A stretch of DNA of 64,000 nt from Limnothrix sp. BL-A-16 (GTDB lineage Bacteria; Cyanobacteriota; Cyanobacteriia; CACIAM-69d), in assembly GCA_041937175.2 (NCBI GenBank), contig CP166615.1, positions 3,872,001 to 3,936,000 on the forward strand, given 5' to 3'. The notes beneath the pieces are model-generated. The model was not told where the DNA came from and did not search any database. It saw only the letters and a program-made list of their open reading frames with translations. Below are positions 49,441-59,618 of the stretch, piece after piece. A program made the position numbers and the translations under genes. How positions within the stretch are numbered: position 1 is the stretch's first letter; every line of letters begins with the position of its first letter.

Positions 49441-51426
49441 ATGACTCAGCAACCGACCTACGGCCCACACAATCCCCATCCCCTGTCGCAATTGCGGACG
49501 GAGTTGGTGTGGGAAGGGAAGTATGACGAGTATGGCAACCGGCGGGAGGTGGACATTGCGGGCTGCGCGATGCCGATGCAAAAAATTGAGAGCATTGATG
49601 AGCCACGGCGAGAAGCAGAAGCCAAGAAGCAATTGACACTTTTTGAACAACAAAATCAGCGGCAAGATGATTTTCGAAATCGGCTGATTTGGGGCGATAA
49701 CAAGCTAGTAATGGCTTCGTTGTTGAAGGAATTTAAGGGCAAGGTAGATTTGATTTATATTGATCCGCCGTTTGATGTGGGCGCGGATTTTACGATGAAA
49801 ATGCCTATTGGGGAAGATGAAGATGCATTCACCAAAGAACAATCCGCTTTAGAAATGGTTGCTTATCGCGACACTTGGGGAAAAGGAACAGATTCATATC
49901 TTCATATGATGTATGAACGCCTAGTTCTCATGAAGGAACTCCTGAGTGATTCGGGTAGTATTTATGTTCATTGTGATTGGCGAGTTAATAGCTTTTTAAG
50001 AAGTATTTTGGATGAAATTTTTGGATTTGATAGCTTTAGAAATCAAATTGTATGGCATTATCCGGGACGAGAAATGCATATATCAAGTAAGTTTAATGCA
50101 AAACATGACACTATTCTTTTCTACGCGAAAGGTGAAAATACGAAGGTAAGAATGGAACAAATTGCTATTCCTTATGACAAGGAAGAAAGGCTTAAAACGC
50201 TCAGAAGAAAGGTATATAAAGATGAAGATGGTAGGGACTGGGTATGGGAAACTAGAGGACAGGCTACAGGGCAAGAACCATACAAACGTTATGTAGAGGA
50301 GATAATATCTCAGGGAAAGCCGATCAGTGATGTCTGGTCAGACTTGCAGTTCTTAAGAGGTAATCATCCTGAGCGAACTGACTATGCCACTCAAAAGCCA
50401 AATGCTCTAATTGATCGCATCATCAAAGCCTCATCAAATGAAGGTGATCTTGTTGCAGATTTCTTTTGTGGATCGGGAACTACCGGAGCCGTTGCCGAGC
50501 GATTGGGTCGTCGTTGGTTAATGGCAGACCTGGGGCGATTTGCCATCCACACCACCCGCAAACGGATGATTGAACTCCAGCGGAAACTGCACAGCGACGG
50601 GCAACCCTACCGCGCCTTTGATGTCTATAACCTCGGGCGCTACGAGCGACAATGGTGGCAAAAAGATCGCCTGCAGGGAGCCGACGAAGAACATCGCCGC
50701 GTCGTGCTGGAATTTTTCAAAGCCGAGCCTTTGACTAACACCCCTTCACCCCTGCTCCATGGACGCAAAGCCGGAGCCTTTTGCCATGTGGACGGGATCG
50801 ACTCCATGTTCACCCGCGACGAAGCCAAACAGGTCGCTCAAGCCGTGAAAGCAGCGGGCGGGCGCGAGTGTTTTTGCCTCGCCTGGGAATTTGAAATGGA
50901 CTTGCACTTGCTGACCAATGCCCTAGCCCAAGAACTAGGTGTGAAGCTCAAAATGGTGCAAATCCCCCGCGAAATCATGGAGAAAAATCGCACCGCACCG
51001 CCCCCATTCTTAGAAGTTGCCGTCCTGGCCGCCGAACCCGTCTACCAAACTGCGACAACTGAAGCCGGAACCACAAATAAAAAGGCTCGTAGTGCTGACT
51101 TCAGTCAGCGCACCGTTGATATCAAACTCACCCAATTTTTGCCCTCCCTCGCCGAAGTTCCTACTAAAGAATTAGATGCAATTCGAGAGCGAGCGATCAA
51201 AAGTGGTTTTGACTTTATTGATTTTTGGGCCGTGGATTTTAATTGGCAACCCGGCAAGGCCTTTAACCACGATTGGCAAGACTACCGCACTCGCAAAGAT
51301 CGCAGCCTAAAAACCGTCAGCGATGCTAGCTATATCTATCCTGCACCTGGCAAATATGTTGCCTGCGTCAAAGTAGTAGATACCTTCGGCTGCGACACCT
51401 CAATCACGATCGATATCGAAGTGTAA
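49441..51426 (+). CDS. mod: Type III R-M Mod subunit (beta-class amino methyltransferase)
   Basis: LIWGDN, YIDPPF, YATQKP, DFFCGSGTT; AT-rich central TRD. Confidence 0.92.
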   Translation: MTQQPTYGPHNPHPLSQLRTELVWEGKYDEYGNRREVDIAGCAMPMQKIESIDEPRREAEAKKQLTLFEQQNQRQDDFRNRLIWGDNKLVMASLLKEFKGKVDLIYIDPPFDVGADFTMKMPIGEDEDAFTKEQSALEMVAYRDTWGKGTDSYLHMMYERLVLMKELLSDSGSIYVHCDWRVNSFLRSILDEIFGFDSFRNQIVWHYPGREMHISSKFNAKHDTILFYAKGENTKVRMEQIAIPYDKEERLKTLRRKVYKDEDGRDWVWETRGQATGQEPYKRYVEEIISQGKPISDVWSDLQFLRGNHPERTDYATQKPNALIDRIIKASSNEGDLVADFFCGSGTTGAVAERLGRRWLMADLGRFAIHTTRKRMIELQRKLHSDGQPYRAFDVYNLGRYERQWWQKDRLQGADEEHRRVVLEFFKAEPLTNTPSPLLHGRKAGAFCHVDGIDSMFTRDEAKQVAQAVKAAGGRECFCLAWEFEMDLHLLTNALAQELGVKLKMVQIPREIMEKNRTAPPPFLEVAVLAAEPVYQTATTEAGTTNKKARSADFSQRTVDIKLTQFLPSLAEVPTKELDAIRERAIKSGFDFIDFWAVDFNWQPGKAFNHDWQDYRTRKDRSLKTVSDASYIYPAPGKYVACVKVVDTFGCDTSITIDIEV

Positions 51427-51428
51427 CG

Positions 51429-51845
51429 ATGCCAGCTAAGGACATCTATCACGACTGGGTAAAAGCATCGCTCATCCAAGCAGGGTGGACTGTTTCCCAT
51501 GATCCCCTCTCAATCCGAGTTGGCAAAATTGGCATTCATGTTGATTTGGGGCTAGAAAATCTAATTGGGGCTGAAAAAGCACAGCGAAAAATAGCGATCG
51601 AAATCAAAGGATTTATGAATGTTTCTAAAATCACAGATTTCTACGCTGCTTTTGGACAATACCTCTGCTATAAGGTTGCCCTAGCTCGTGAAGATCCCGA
51701 TCGCACCCTCTATCTAGCTGTACCCGCACCGATTTATCACACATTTTTTAAAGAGATTTTGATTCAAGATGTGTTGAATGAATATCCTATAAAAATGCTC
51801 ATCTACAACTTGTCTAGCCAGGAGATTCAGTCATGGATCGACTAA
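51429..51845 (+). CDS. xisH: XisH-family protein
   Basis: MPAKDIYH, GWTVSHDPL, IAIEIKGF, FGQYLCY. Confidence 0.92.
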   Translation: MPAKDIYHDWVKASLIQAGWTVSHDPLSIRVGKIGIHVDLGLENLIGAEKAQRKIAIEIKGFMNVSKITDFYAAFGQYLCYKVALAREDPDRTLYLAVPAPIYHTFFKEILIQDVLNEYPIKMLIYNLSSQEIQSWID

Positions 51846-52165
51846 ATCACTATCGTCATTGCATTCGCGCCTTTCTCGATCGCTACTCGCAATTTTGGCA
51901 AGAAAATGGCGTTGAGAATCAAATCATCATTGATTCTGAACATGATCACTACTTGCTGTTGAAGGCTGGATGGGTTGGCGATCGCAGAATTTACTACCCC
52001 GTTTTTCACTTTGATATTAAAGATGAAAAAATTTGGGTTCAAGAAAATACAACTGACGTAGAACTTGACAAAGACCTTGAAGCAATGGGCATCTCTAAAC
52101 AAGAAATTGTTGTGGGTTTTCACCACCCTCTAATGCGTGAGCATTCTGAGTTTGCCACGGCTTAA
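51833..52165 (+). CDS. xisI: XisI-family protein
   Basis: MDRLNHYR, DHYLLLKAGW, HFDIKDEKIWVQEN, IVVGFH. Confidence 0.92.
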   Translation: MDRLNHYRHCIRAFLDRYSQFWQENGVENQIIIDSEHDHYLLLKAGWVGDRRIYYPVFHFDIKDEKIWVQENTTDVELDKDLEAMGISKQEIVVGFHHPLMREHSEFATA

Positions 52166-52205
52166 TCTCCTCGCCTAGTTGCCTTTTAGCCGCTTCACTA
52201 CACCC

Positions 52206-55200
52206 ATGGCCACTCTAAACCTTGCGTTGCTCGAACCGTTGTTTGCTCCTTGGCAAGAACCGAATGCTCACCGTGTTCGGGTTAATAAACTAGGAGATTC
52301 GGCCGCCGTGCAACAGGGCCGCCGACCTTCTCCGATCGAGGTGGTGAACAGCCTGCGATCGGCGGTGCGGGAATGGCGAGAAGCGTTTTACATCGGAGCC
52401 AGCGACACCAGCCGCTATTTGCTGAACCATTGGTTTAACCGCGCCCACCGACAAACCACGGCAGCCGGAGAGGACTTCGAGTTTCGCTACTACTTTTGCC
52501 AGCGCGAGGCGATCGAAACTCTGATTTACCTCAAAGAGGTGCGGCAGATCGAATGTCTGTCCCAAATCATTGCCGAGTTTGGTGGCTCGAATGCTGAACT
52601 CCAAGCCCTAGGGATTAAGGAGGAGGAAGATGCCTGGAGTCGCTATGCCTTTAAGCTGGCAACTGGTGCAGGCAAAACTAAAGTGATGAGCCTCTGCATG
52701 GTTTGGAGCTATTTCCATGCCCTGCGGGAGTCCGATTCGGAAATGGCGCGGCATTTTGTGGTAATTGCGCCGAACTTAACGGTCTATGAACGGCTCAAGG
52801 AAGACTTTGGCAATGGGCGGGTATTTGATGCTGATCCATTGATTCCGCCCGAATGGAGAGGAGATTGGAACTTGTCCGTGGTGCTGCAAGATGAGGCCAG
52901 CGGCGCAGCCACGGGGGGCACACTTTATCTAACAAACATCCATCGTCTTTACGATTCAGCCAAACGCACCAAAAAAGCGGCCGCCGATACCTATGACTGG
53001 ATGGGGCCTGCGGTGTCTAAAACGAAGGCGCTGGACAATGGAGCGGCCCTGCGCGATCGAATCATCACCCATCGGCGAGTGATGGTGCTGAATGATGAGG
53101 CGCACCATGTGTGGGACTCGGGTTCGGCATGGAATGAAGCAATTCGTTGGCTGCACGAAACCCTTGTGGCCCGCAGCGGTTGCTCCTTGGTGGCGCAATT
53201 GGATTTTTCAGCAACTCCCAAGGACAACAAGGGTCAACTGTTTAAGCACATTATCTGTGATACGCCCTTGGGAGAAGCGGTGGACGCAGGTATCGTCAAA
53301 ACACCGCTAATCGGGGCTGCCAGCCAAAACTTACAAGAGCAACCTGATGATAATGCGGCCTATCGCTGGGAACGGCATTTATTGTTGGGCTATGAACGCT
53401 GGAAAGCTAGCAGAGCAGAATGGGAGCCTAGCGGGAAAAAACCACTGCTGTTTGTCATGTGTGAAGACACGGAAGCGGCTGATCAAATTACGCAACGCTT
53501 CAACACTGATCCTCTATTTGAGCAACTAAATGGCAAAACGATTAACCTACACACCAACCTAAAGGGCAAGCTCAAGAAAGTGGGGCGAGGCAAAGAAGCT
53601 CGCCATGAGTTTGTCGAAGATGAAAAGGCAATTAGCGATGAAGACCTGAAGGCATTACGCCAACTAAGTCGTGAGCTAGATAGCAACACCAGCCCCTATT
53701 TCTGCATTGTGTCGGTGTTGATGTTGCGAGAAGGGTGGGACGTGCGGAATGTGACAACGATCGTGCCGCTGCGATCCTACAGTTCAAAAGCCAATATTCT
53801 GCCGGAGCAAACCCTAGGGCGTGGTTTACGCCGTATGACTCCGCCGGGCCAGGCGAATGAGTTAGTGACAGTGGTTGAACATCCCGCCTTTGCTAGCCTT
53901 TACCAGCAGGAATTGGCTCAAGAAGGGCTGCCATTAGAAATTGTGGAACTTGATCGGGTTCCTAAAACAACAATCTCAATTTTTCCTGATCCATCTCATA
54001 AGGATCTTGAAGCCCTAGAGATTCCAATTCCATCGCTGTTAGCGGGCTTTCGGATTGTGCCAAAGCTCGAGGGACTAACTATTCAGGACGTGAAAAAAGC
54101 CTTCAAGCCCTATCAGCCTCTACCCTTAAATCAATCATCAAGTCTAAGCATAATTCAATATGAAGGACGACATCTTTTTACAGGTGAAATCGTAGAAAAA
54201 ACGGAACTCAATCTTCCACTGCTTGCCTCAGGAGTTGGAGCAGTCTCCTATTATGTCAAGCAATTAGAAACTATCTGTAAGTTACGAGGATTGCATCAGC
54301 TTATAGCTCCTCTAATTCAGACTTTTTTAGAAGAAATTCTTTTTGCTCAAAAAGCAACATTGTTTGACCCTCAACTGGTGAGCCGCTTGGCTGATTCTGA
54401 TGTGGGTGAACACTTGCGGGCGGTGTTTGTACCTCTGATCCGCAGTCGCACCACGACGATGGAGGAGCGGCTGATGGTTGAGCCACCAAAGTTGTTAAAG
54501 CACTGGAAACCGTTTCAGGTGACCTTGAGCGATCGCCGTCCAGCTTTGCCAGCAGCGAAAACGCTGTTTAATCTGGTGACTTGCAATCGTGAACTCGAAG
54601 TGGCGGTGGCAAAGTTTTGCGATCGCGCTCCTGATGTGGTGGCCTTTGCTAAAAATGCGGGTTCTCAGGCCTTGCGAATCGATTATTTGGCCCAAGGCGA
54701 TCGGCTGGCGTTCTACACACCAGATTTCTTTGTGCGGACAAAGGATGGCGGTTGCTATTTGGTGGAAACCAAGGGGCGCGAGGATCGGGATGTGCCGTTG
54801 AAGGCTAGGGCTGCGATCGCTTGGTGTCAGGCGGCTTCTGGGGTGAATGATGGGGTGATGACTGAGGTTTTCACTACGAGCAGAAAGTGGCAGTACCTTT
54901 ACATTCCGCAAGGGGTGTTTGAGCGAATGGCAGGTGACTCTGTGGCAGAACTAGCGCGGGCTTGTGAACCTGCCTTGCAAAATCTGCTGCAATCTGAAGA
55001 GTTTCAGGACTTACCGCTGTTTGCCAACTTAGGTCAGTCTGATGAGGAAATATCCCGAACGGATGACATTGTTGATCCAAGTATTTTGAACCAGTTACCG
55101 AACCGTTATCGCTGGGCAGCCGATCAAGCGATCATGCTCTATCAATTTTTTGAAAACAAAATAGGAATGAGCTATGCACCAGTCTTTACACCTTTATTGG

Positions 55201-55664
55201 GGTCAATTGACGAAGTAGCTAAAGGATTATTGACTCGACGGCTTCAGTCGGTAATTCCTGCAAATGTCAATGATCAAAAAGCTTGGTTTTCACCTGATTT
55301 GACCGTCATAGATCGAAAGGCTGAAGGATATTATCGTAAGCTTGCCCAAAACCTCAAACGCACTTTAGTGTTTAATAATGGAGTTTCATTAATTGGGCTA
55401 CTTCGGTCATGCTTAGACTATGCTCTCAATGATCCAGTTTTAATTGGAGGGGTGTTTGAATCTCTCAGGTCTACATTACGATTCCAGGGCAATCGAGCGT
55501 TGCTAGAAACCATCACTCGGATCAACCAATTTCGAAACACCTACATCGCTCACCAAGAGTCAGAATTAACTGACCGAGACTTAGCGAAACAAGAACTACA
55601 AGTTTGGATTGAGGCACTGCACAGAATTGCAACTGATAGAAGTGATTCGTTGCTTAAGGATTGA
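52206..55664 (+). CDS. res: Type III R-M Res subunit (SF2 helicase + PD-(D/E)xK nuclease + C-terminal extension)
   Basis: ATGAGKT, DEAHH, SATP, MLREGWD, QTLGRGLR, YTPDF...VETKG. Confidence 0.9.
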   Translation: MATLNLALLEPLFAPWQEPNAHRVRVNKLGDSAAVQQGRRPSPIEVVNSLRSAVREWREAFYIGASDTSRYLLNHWFNRAHRQTTAAGEDFEFRYYFCQREAIETLIYLKEVRQIECLSQIIAEFGGSNAELQALGIKEEEDAWSRYAFKLATGAGKTKVMSLCMVWSYFHALRESDSEMARHFVVIAPNLTVYERLKEDFGNGRVFDADPLIPPEWRGDWNLSVVLQDEASGAATGGTLYLTNIHRLYDSAKRTKKAAADTYDWMGPAVSKTKALDNGAALRDRIITHRRVMVLNDEAHHVWDSGSAWNEAIRWLHETLVARSGCSLVAQLDFSATPKDNKGQLFKHIICDTPLGEAVDAGIVKTPLIGAASQNLQEQPDDNAAYRWERHLLLGYERWKASRAEWEPSGKKPLLFVMCEDTEAADQITQRFNTDPLFEQLNGKTINLHTNLKGKLKKVGRGKEARHEFVEDEKAISDEDLKALRQLSRELDSNTSPYFCIVSVLMLREGWDVRNVTTIVPLRSYSSKANILPEQTLGRGLRRMTPPGQANELVTVVEHPAFASLYQQELAQEGLPLEIVELDRVPKTTISIFPDPSHKDLEALEIPIPSLLAGFRIVPKLEGLTIQDVKKAFKPYQPLPLNQSSSLSIIQYEGRHLFTGEIVEKTELNLPLLASGVGAVSYYVKQLETICKLRGLHQLIAPLIQTFLEEILFAQKATLFDPQLVSRLADSDVGEHLRAVFVPLIRSRTTTMEERLMVEPPKLLKHWKPFQVTLSDRRPALPAAKTLFNLVTCNRELEVAVAKFCDRAPDVVAFAKNAGSQALRIDYLAQGDRLAFYTPDFFVRTKDGGCYLVETKGREDRDVPLKARAAIAWCQAASGVNDGVMTEVFTTSRKWQYLYIPQGVFERMAGDSVAELARACEPALQNLLQSEEFQDLPLFANLGQSDEEISRTDDIVDPSILNQLPNRYRWAADQAIMLYQFFENKIGMSYAPVFTPLLGSIDEVAKGLLTRRLQSVIPANVNDQKAWFSPDLTVIDRKAEGYYRKLAQNLKRTLVFNNGVSLIGLLRSCLDYALNDPVLIGGVFESLRSTLRFQGNRALLETITRINQFRNTYIAHQESELTDRDLAKQELQVWIEALHRIATDRSDSLLKD

Positions 55665-55672
55665 GAAATTTA

Positions 55673-56260
55673 ATGATCATAGAGACTAAGTGGCTCGATC
55701 GCCTGGCCCTTTGGCTGCCGGGGACTTTTGAAAATCGGGAACAGGCCCTAGCGGATCCCACTTGGTATGTGGGTGTGCGACTGTGGCATCGATCGATCGG
55801 GGTCTTTGGGCCCGGCCACTTGGGGATTTATGCGGAACAGGCCAGCGCCCCCACCTTCGCCAAAATCTATCGCCCCAGGGTGTTTCAGATTTCCCCCACC
55901 TCCGATCCTGATTTCCCGCTGGCGGTGGCCTACTTTGCCCTGCGACAGCCGGAGCGGTGGCGAGGTGCGGGTTTAGATCCCGCTATTTTGGAAACCCTGA
56001 CCTTAGCGGACTTGGAGCCGCTGCCCGGTTGTCTGTTGCCGATGGCGGTGTTGGCAGAGGGGGCCGGTTTTCGGGCCCAGCTTCCGCCCGATCGCCGTTG
56101 TTGTTTCCAGGCCGATGGGCAATTGCGCCAGGTGAGTTTGGGGTTTGAGGTGCGATCGGGCGAATTTCTCAGCTACGACAAGGGCATTGATCCCGACACG
56201 GGCAAACCAATTTGGGGGGCAATCATGGGCCCATTTCGCTATCGGCGCGTTGGCGATTAA
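55673..56260 (+). CDS. CpcT/CpeT-family chromophore lyase-like protein
   Basis: GTFENREQA, YRPR, SYDKGIDPDTGKPIWGAIMGPF. Confidence 0.8.
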   Translation: MIIETKWLDRLALWLPGTFENREQALADPTWYVGVRLWHRSIGVFGPGHLGIYAEQASAPTFAKIYRPRVFQISPTSDPDFPLAVAYFALRQPERWRGAGLDPAILETLTLADLEPLPGCLLPMAVLAEGAGFRAQLPPDRRCCFQADGQLRQVSLGFEVRSGEFLSYDKGIDPDTGKPIWGAIMGPFRYRRVGD

Positions 56261-56402
56261 GATGCGATCGCGGGGAGCCACCGTACGGCCATCCGCTGTG
56301 GGCAGTGGCAAGCCTTCCCCTCGCCCATGTTGGATCGATTTTGTTCGCTCCTATAACCATTCATTCCTTTCAATCCCTACGAAATCCCCGATTAACCACA
56401 CC

Positions 56403-57017
56403 ATGACCCAAGTGTCTGAAGCGATCGCCCCCGCTGCTGATTTGGTGACCCTTGGCCGTTGGATGGCCGCCGACTTCAGCAACCAAGCCCAAGCCTTTGA
56501 AAATCCGCCCTTTTTTGCCCATATTCGGGTCTGTATGCGGCCCCTGCCGATCGCCCTGCTAGGCGGCATCAGTTTCTATGTGGAACAGGCCTATGATTAC
56601 GCCCTCAACCAGCCCTATCGTGTGCGGGTGTTGAAGTTGATTGAGGTGGATGGGCAGATCCAAATTGAAAACTATGCCGTTGCCGATGAGCAGGAATTTT
56701 TTGGTGCTTCTCGACAGCCCGATCGCCTGCAAGCGCTGACGGCTGATCGCCTGGAGCGGCTTTGTCATTGCAATTTTTTGGTGAGCCGGACGGGGCAAAC
56801 ATTCACGGGCCAGGTGGAACCCGGCAAGGCCTGCATGGTCACGCGCAAGGGCAAGGAAACCTACTTGGATAGTCAGTTTGAAATCACAGCCGATCGATTT
56901 GTGAGCTGGGATCGGGGCCGCGACCCGGAAACCGATGAACATGTGTGGGGTGCGGTGGCCGGGCCCTTTGACTTTGTGAAGGTGGCCAGCTTTGCCGATG
57001 AGGTCGTGGCTCCCTAG
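56403..57017 (+). CDS. cpcT: Phycocyanobilin lyase CpcT
   Basis: WMAADFSNQAQAFENPPFFAHIRVCMRPLP, DRGRDPETDEHVWG. Confidence 0.92.
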   Translation: MTQVSEAIAPAADLVTLGRWMAADFSNQAQAFENPPFFAHIRVCMRPLPIALLGGISFYVEQAYDYALNQPYRVRVLKLIEVDGQIQIENYAVADEQEFFGASRQPDRLQALTADRLERLCHCNFLVSRTGQTFTGQVEPGKACMVTRKGKETYLDSQFEITADRFVSWDRGRDPETDEHVWGAVAGPFDFVKVASFADEVVAP

Positions 57018-57207
57018 GGCGATGTGGCGGCGGGCGGGGAAGGGCGATCGATCGCCACGGTCGGCTTTCCCTGCGCCAAAATGATTGCCATCAGTTCCGC
57101 AGTGCTGGGTGGCCTCTCGGGCCTGAGCGGGCTGTCTTGACCGTTTTCAGTGCGCGGCTCCCCCGTTTTTGGGGTGACCGCTCGACTTCGATCAATCTCG
57201 ATAATTA

Positions 57208-58308
57208 ATGTCCATCCGATCACTCCTGCGCTGGTTTTTATTGGGGTTGCTGTTGCCGCTGGCGTTTTTGAACGGCTGGATGTTGCTTCAGGTCTTCAAT
57301 TACTTTCAGTCCCTGCTGTCTGCCTTTGTGGTGGCCACGCTGGTGTCTTTTCTGTTGGACTATCCCGTGCGGTGGCTGGAAGCGCAGGGGAAACGCTGGC
57401 GCGTGCGGCGGGAATTTGCGGTGTTGGCGATCGTCCTGTTGACCTTGGGGATTGTGGGTCTGTTGGGGCTAACGCTGGCTCCGGTGCTCTATGACCAATT
57501 TGCCGCTTTTGCCAATGGGTTGCCCGGTTGGGTGGCATCGAGTCGGCAACAGCTTGAAAACCTGTCCAGTTGGGCCATTGCCAAGCGGCTCCCGATCGAC
57601 CTTCAGCAGTTGGGAACCCAGGCGATCGCCCAATTCTCAGCCCAAATTCAAAACCTAACCACCCAATTGGTGAGCCTGTTGGTGCAAATGGCTGGACGGG
57701 CCTTTGATGCGCTGATTGCGATGGTGTTGGCGGTTTATTTGCTATTGCGGGGCGAGCCATTTTGGGATGGCTTTTTTAGTTGGTTGCCGCCCGATCGACG
57801 GGAGCAGGTTCGCCAATGTTTTCGCCAAAATTTCCAAAACTACTATGCCGGCCAAGCGGCGCTGGCCACCACGATCGGGGTGGCCATGGTGTTGCTTTTT
57901 CTGGTGCTGCAAGTGCCGTTTGGGTTGCTGTTTGGCCTGGGTATTGGGGTCATGACGCTGGTGCCCTTCGGAGCCGGAATCAGCATTGTGGTGGTGAGCT
58001 TGCTGTTGGCGGTCAAGAGTTTTTGGTTGGGGCTACAGGTGCTGTTGCTGGCCTTTTTGGTGGATCAAATTATTGAAAATACGGTTGCTCCGCGCCTGTT
58101 GGGGCAATTTACGGGGCTGAACCCAGTTTGGGTGTTGTTGTCGCTGTTGGCGGGGGCCAAGGTAGGTGGCTTGTTGGGGGTGGTGTTGGCGGTTCCGTTG
58201 GCGGGAACGATCAAAAGCGCGATCGAACTGTGGCGATCGCCCAAGCATGGCTGGACTTTGGCAACCGATTCCGCCTTGCCAACCACTACCACTCGACCCG
58301 ATCGCTGA
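57208..58308 (+). CDS. AI-2E-family transporter
   Basis: Multi-TM; ENTVAPRLLGQFTGLNPVW...GVVLAVP. Confidence 0.9.
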   Translation: MSIRSLLRWFLLGLLLPLAFLNGWMLLQVFNYFQSLLSAFVVATLVSFLLDYPVRWLEAQGKRWRVRREFAVLAIVLLTLGIVGLLGLTLAPVLYDQFAAFANGLPGWVASSRQQLENLSSWAIAKRLPIDLQQLGTQAIAQFSAQIQNLTTQLVSLLVQMAGRAFDALIAMVLAVYLLLRGEPFWDGFFSWLPPDRREQVRQCFRQNFQNYYAGQAALATTIGVAMVLLFLVLQVPFGLLFGLGIGVMTLVPFGAGISIVVVSLLLAVKSFWLGLQVLLLAFLVDQIIENTVAPRLLGQFTGLNPVWVLLSLLAGAKVGGLLGVVLAVPLAGTIKSAIELWRSPKHGWTLATDSALPTTTTRPDR

Positions 58309-58415
58309 GGGTCGGGCCGCAGGATTGTGGAAAGCTAAAGCGCTGAGTATCTACAGGTTCCTAGGCTGCTTCAATCTAGGGCCTAGCCTGTTCCTCAATT
58401 CTCAACTCTCAACTC

Positions 58416-59600
58416 TCAATCCTCAAATCGCTGAACAGCGAGCACCGCATTTTGGCCGCCAAACCCAAAGGCGAAACAAAGGGTTCGATCGACATGTCGG
58501 GCGATCGGGGTTTGTAGCCAAAAACCGGCAAATTCTGGATCCTGCAACCCCACCGTGGGCGGCAACTGGCCGGACTCGATCGCCAAAAGACAAAACGCAA
58601 CGCCCAAGGCACTGGAAGCCCCCAACGTATGGCCAGTGGCTCCTTTGGTGGAACTCACGGGCGGTTGTTGGGGAAAAAGATCTTGAATTAAATTGGCTTC
58701 CTGGGCATCATTCAGCTTGGTGGCCGTGCCGTGGGCGTGGATATAGTCCACCTGTTCCGGCTGCCAGCCGCTACGTTCCAGGGCCAAACGCACCGCAACC
58801 CGAGCCGATCGCCCCGTTGGATCCGGCGCACTGAGGTGATAAGCATCGGTGCTGAAGCCGGCCCCTAAAATTTCTCCATAGATTTTGGCTCCGCGCGATC
58901 GGGCCAGGTCGGCCGCTTCCAACACCAGCAGAGCCGCCCCTTCTCCCAACGCCAGCCCCTCGCGCGATCGGTCAAAGGGATAGGAACCCTTGGCCGCCAG
59001 GGCCCCCATTTGGGCAAACCCCGCCAAAGTCAGGGGCGTGATTGGGGCTTCCACGGCTCCCGCCAAGACCTGATCGCACCAGCCTTCTCGAATTAAGTCC
59101 GCCCCCCGGGCGATCGCACTGATCCCGGTCGTGCAGGCGGTCATCGGAGCCAGCAGTGGGCCCCCTGCCCCCCATTGCTGGGCGATTCGCAGCGCTGGGC
59201 CGTGGGGCAAGTGCCCTAACCATTGCTCATTTAAGGGGCGCTGACCGGCCGCGTATTGCTCCAAAACGCCCTGATAGCTGCGGCTGGATCCCACTGAAAC
59301 TCCCAATTGCCGATCGGGGTCACCCGGCCTGGCCCAAGAGTCAGATCGGAGATCAACGCCGATCACATCAGCCCAGGCTGCTGCACTGGTGCGATCGATC
59401 AGGTGCGTCAAGTCGGCGGGCTGGGCATGAGTTTGGGACTTCACGCGGGAATCCATCAGGGCGATCGGACGAGCCGGAATCGCCGCAAAAGGTTGCTGCT
59501 GCTGAATCGCCGATTGACCGGCCAAGATCGATCGCCAGGTTGATGCGCGATCGCCCAAGGCCGACATCAGCCCAATTCCCGTTACCACCACCCGCCGCAC
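58416..59600 (-). CDS. Beta-ketoacyl-ACP synthase (FabF-like)
   Basis: RVVVTGIG, TACTTG, HAHGTAT, KGATGHTLGA, FGFGGQN. Confidence 0.88.
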   Translation of the reverse strand: MRRVVVTGIGLMSALGDRASTWRSILAGQSAIQQQQPFAAIPARPIALMDSRVKSQTHAQPADLTHLIDRTSAAAWADVIGVDLRSDSWARPGDPDRQLGVSVGSSRSYQGVLEQYAAGQRPLNEQWLGHLPHGPALRIAQQWGAGGPLLAPMTACTTGISAIARGADLIREGWCDQVLAGAVEAPITPLTLAGFAQMGALAAKGSYPFDRSREGLALGEGAALLVLEAADLARSRGAKIYGEILGAGFSTDAYHLSAPDPTGRSARVAVRLALERSGWQPEQVDYIHAHGTATKLNDAQEANLIQDLFPQQPPVSSTKGATGHTLGASSALGVAFCLLAIESGQLPPTVGLQDPEFAGFWLQTPIARHVDRTLCFAFGFGGQNAVLAVQRFED

Positions 59601-59618
59601 AGTGAACCGAGGAAGGCG

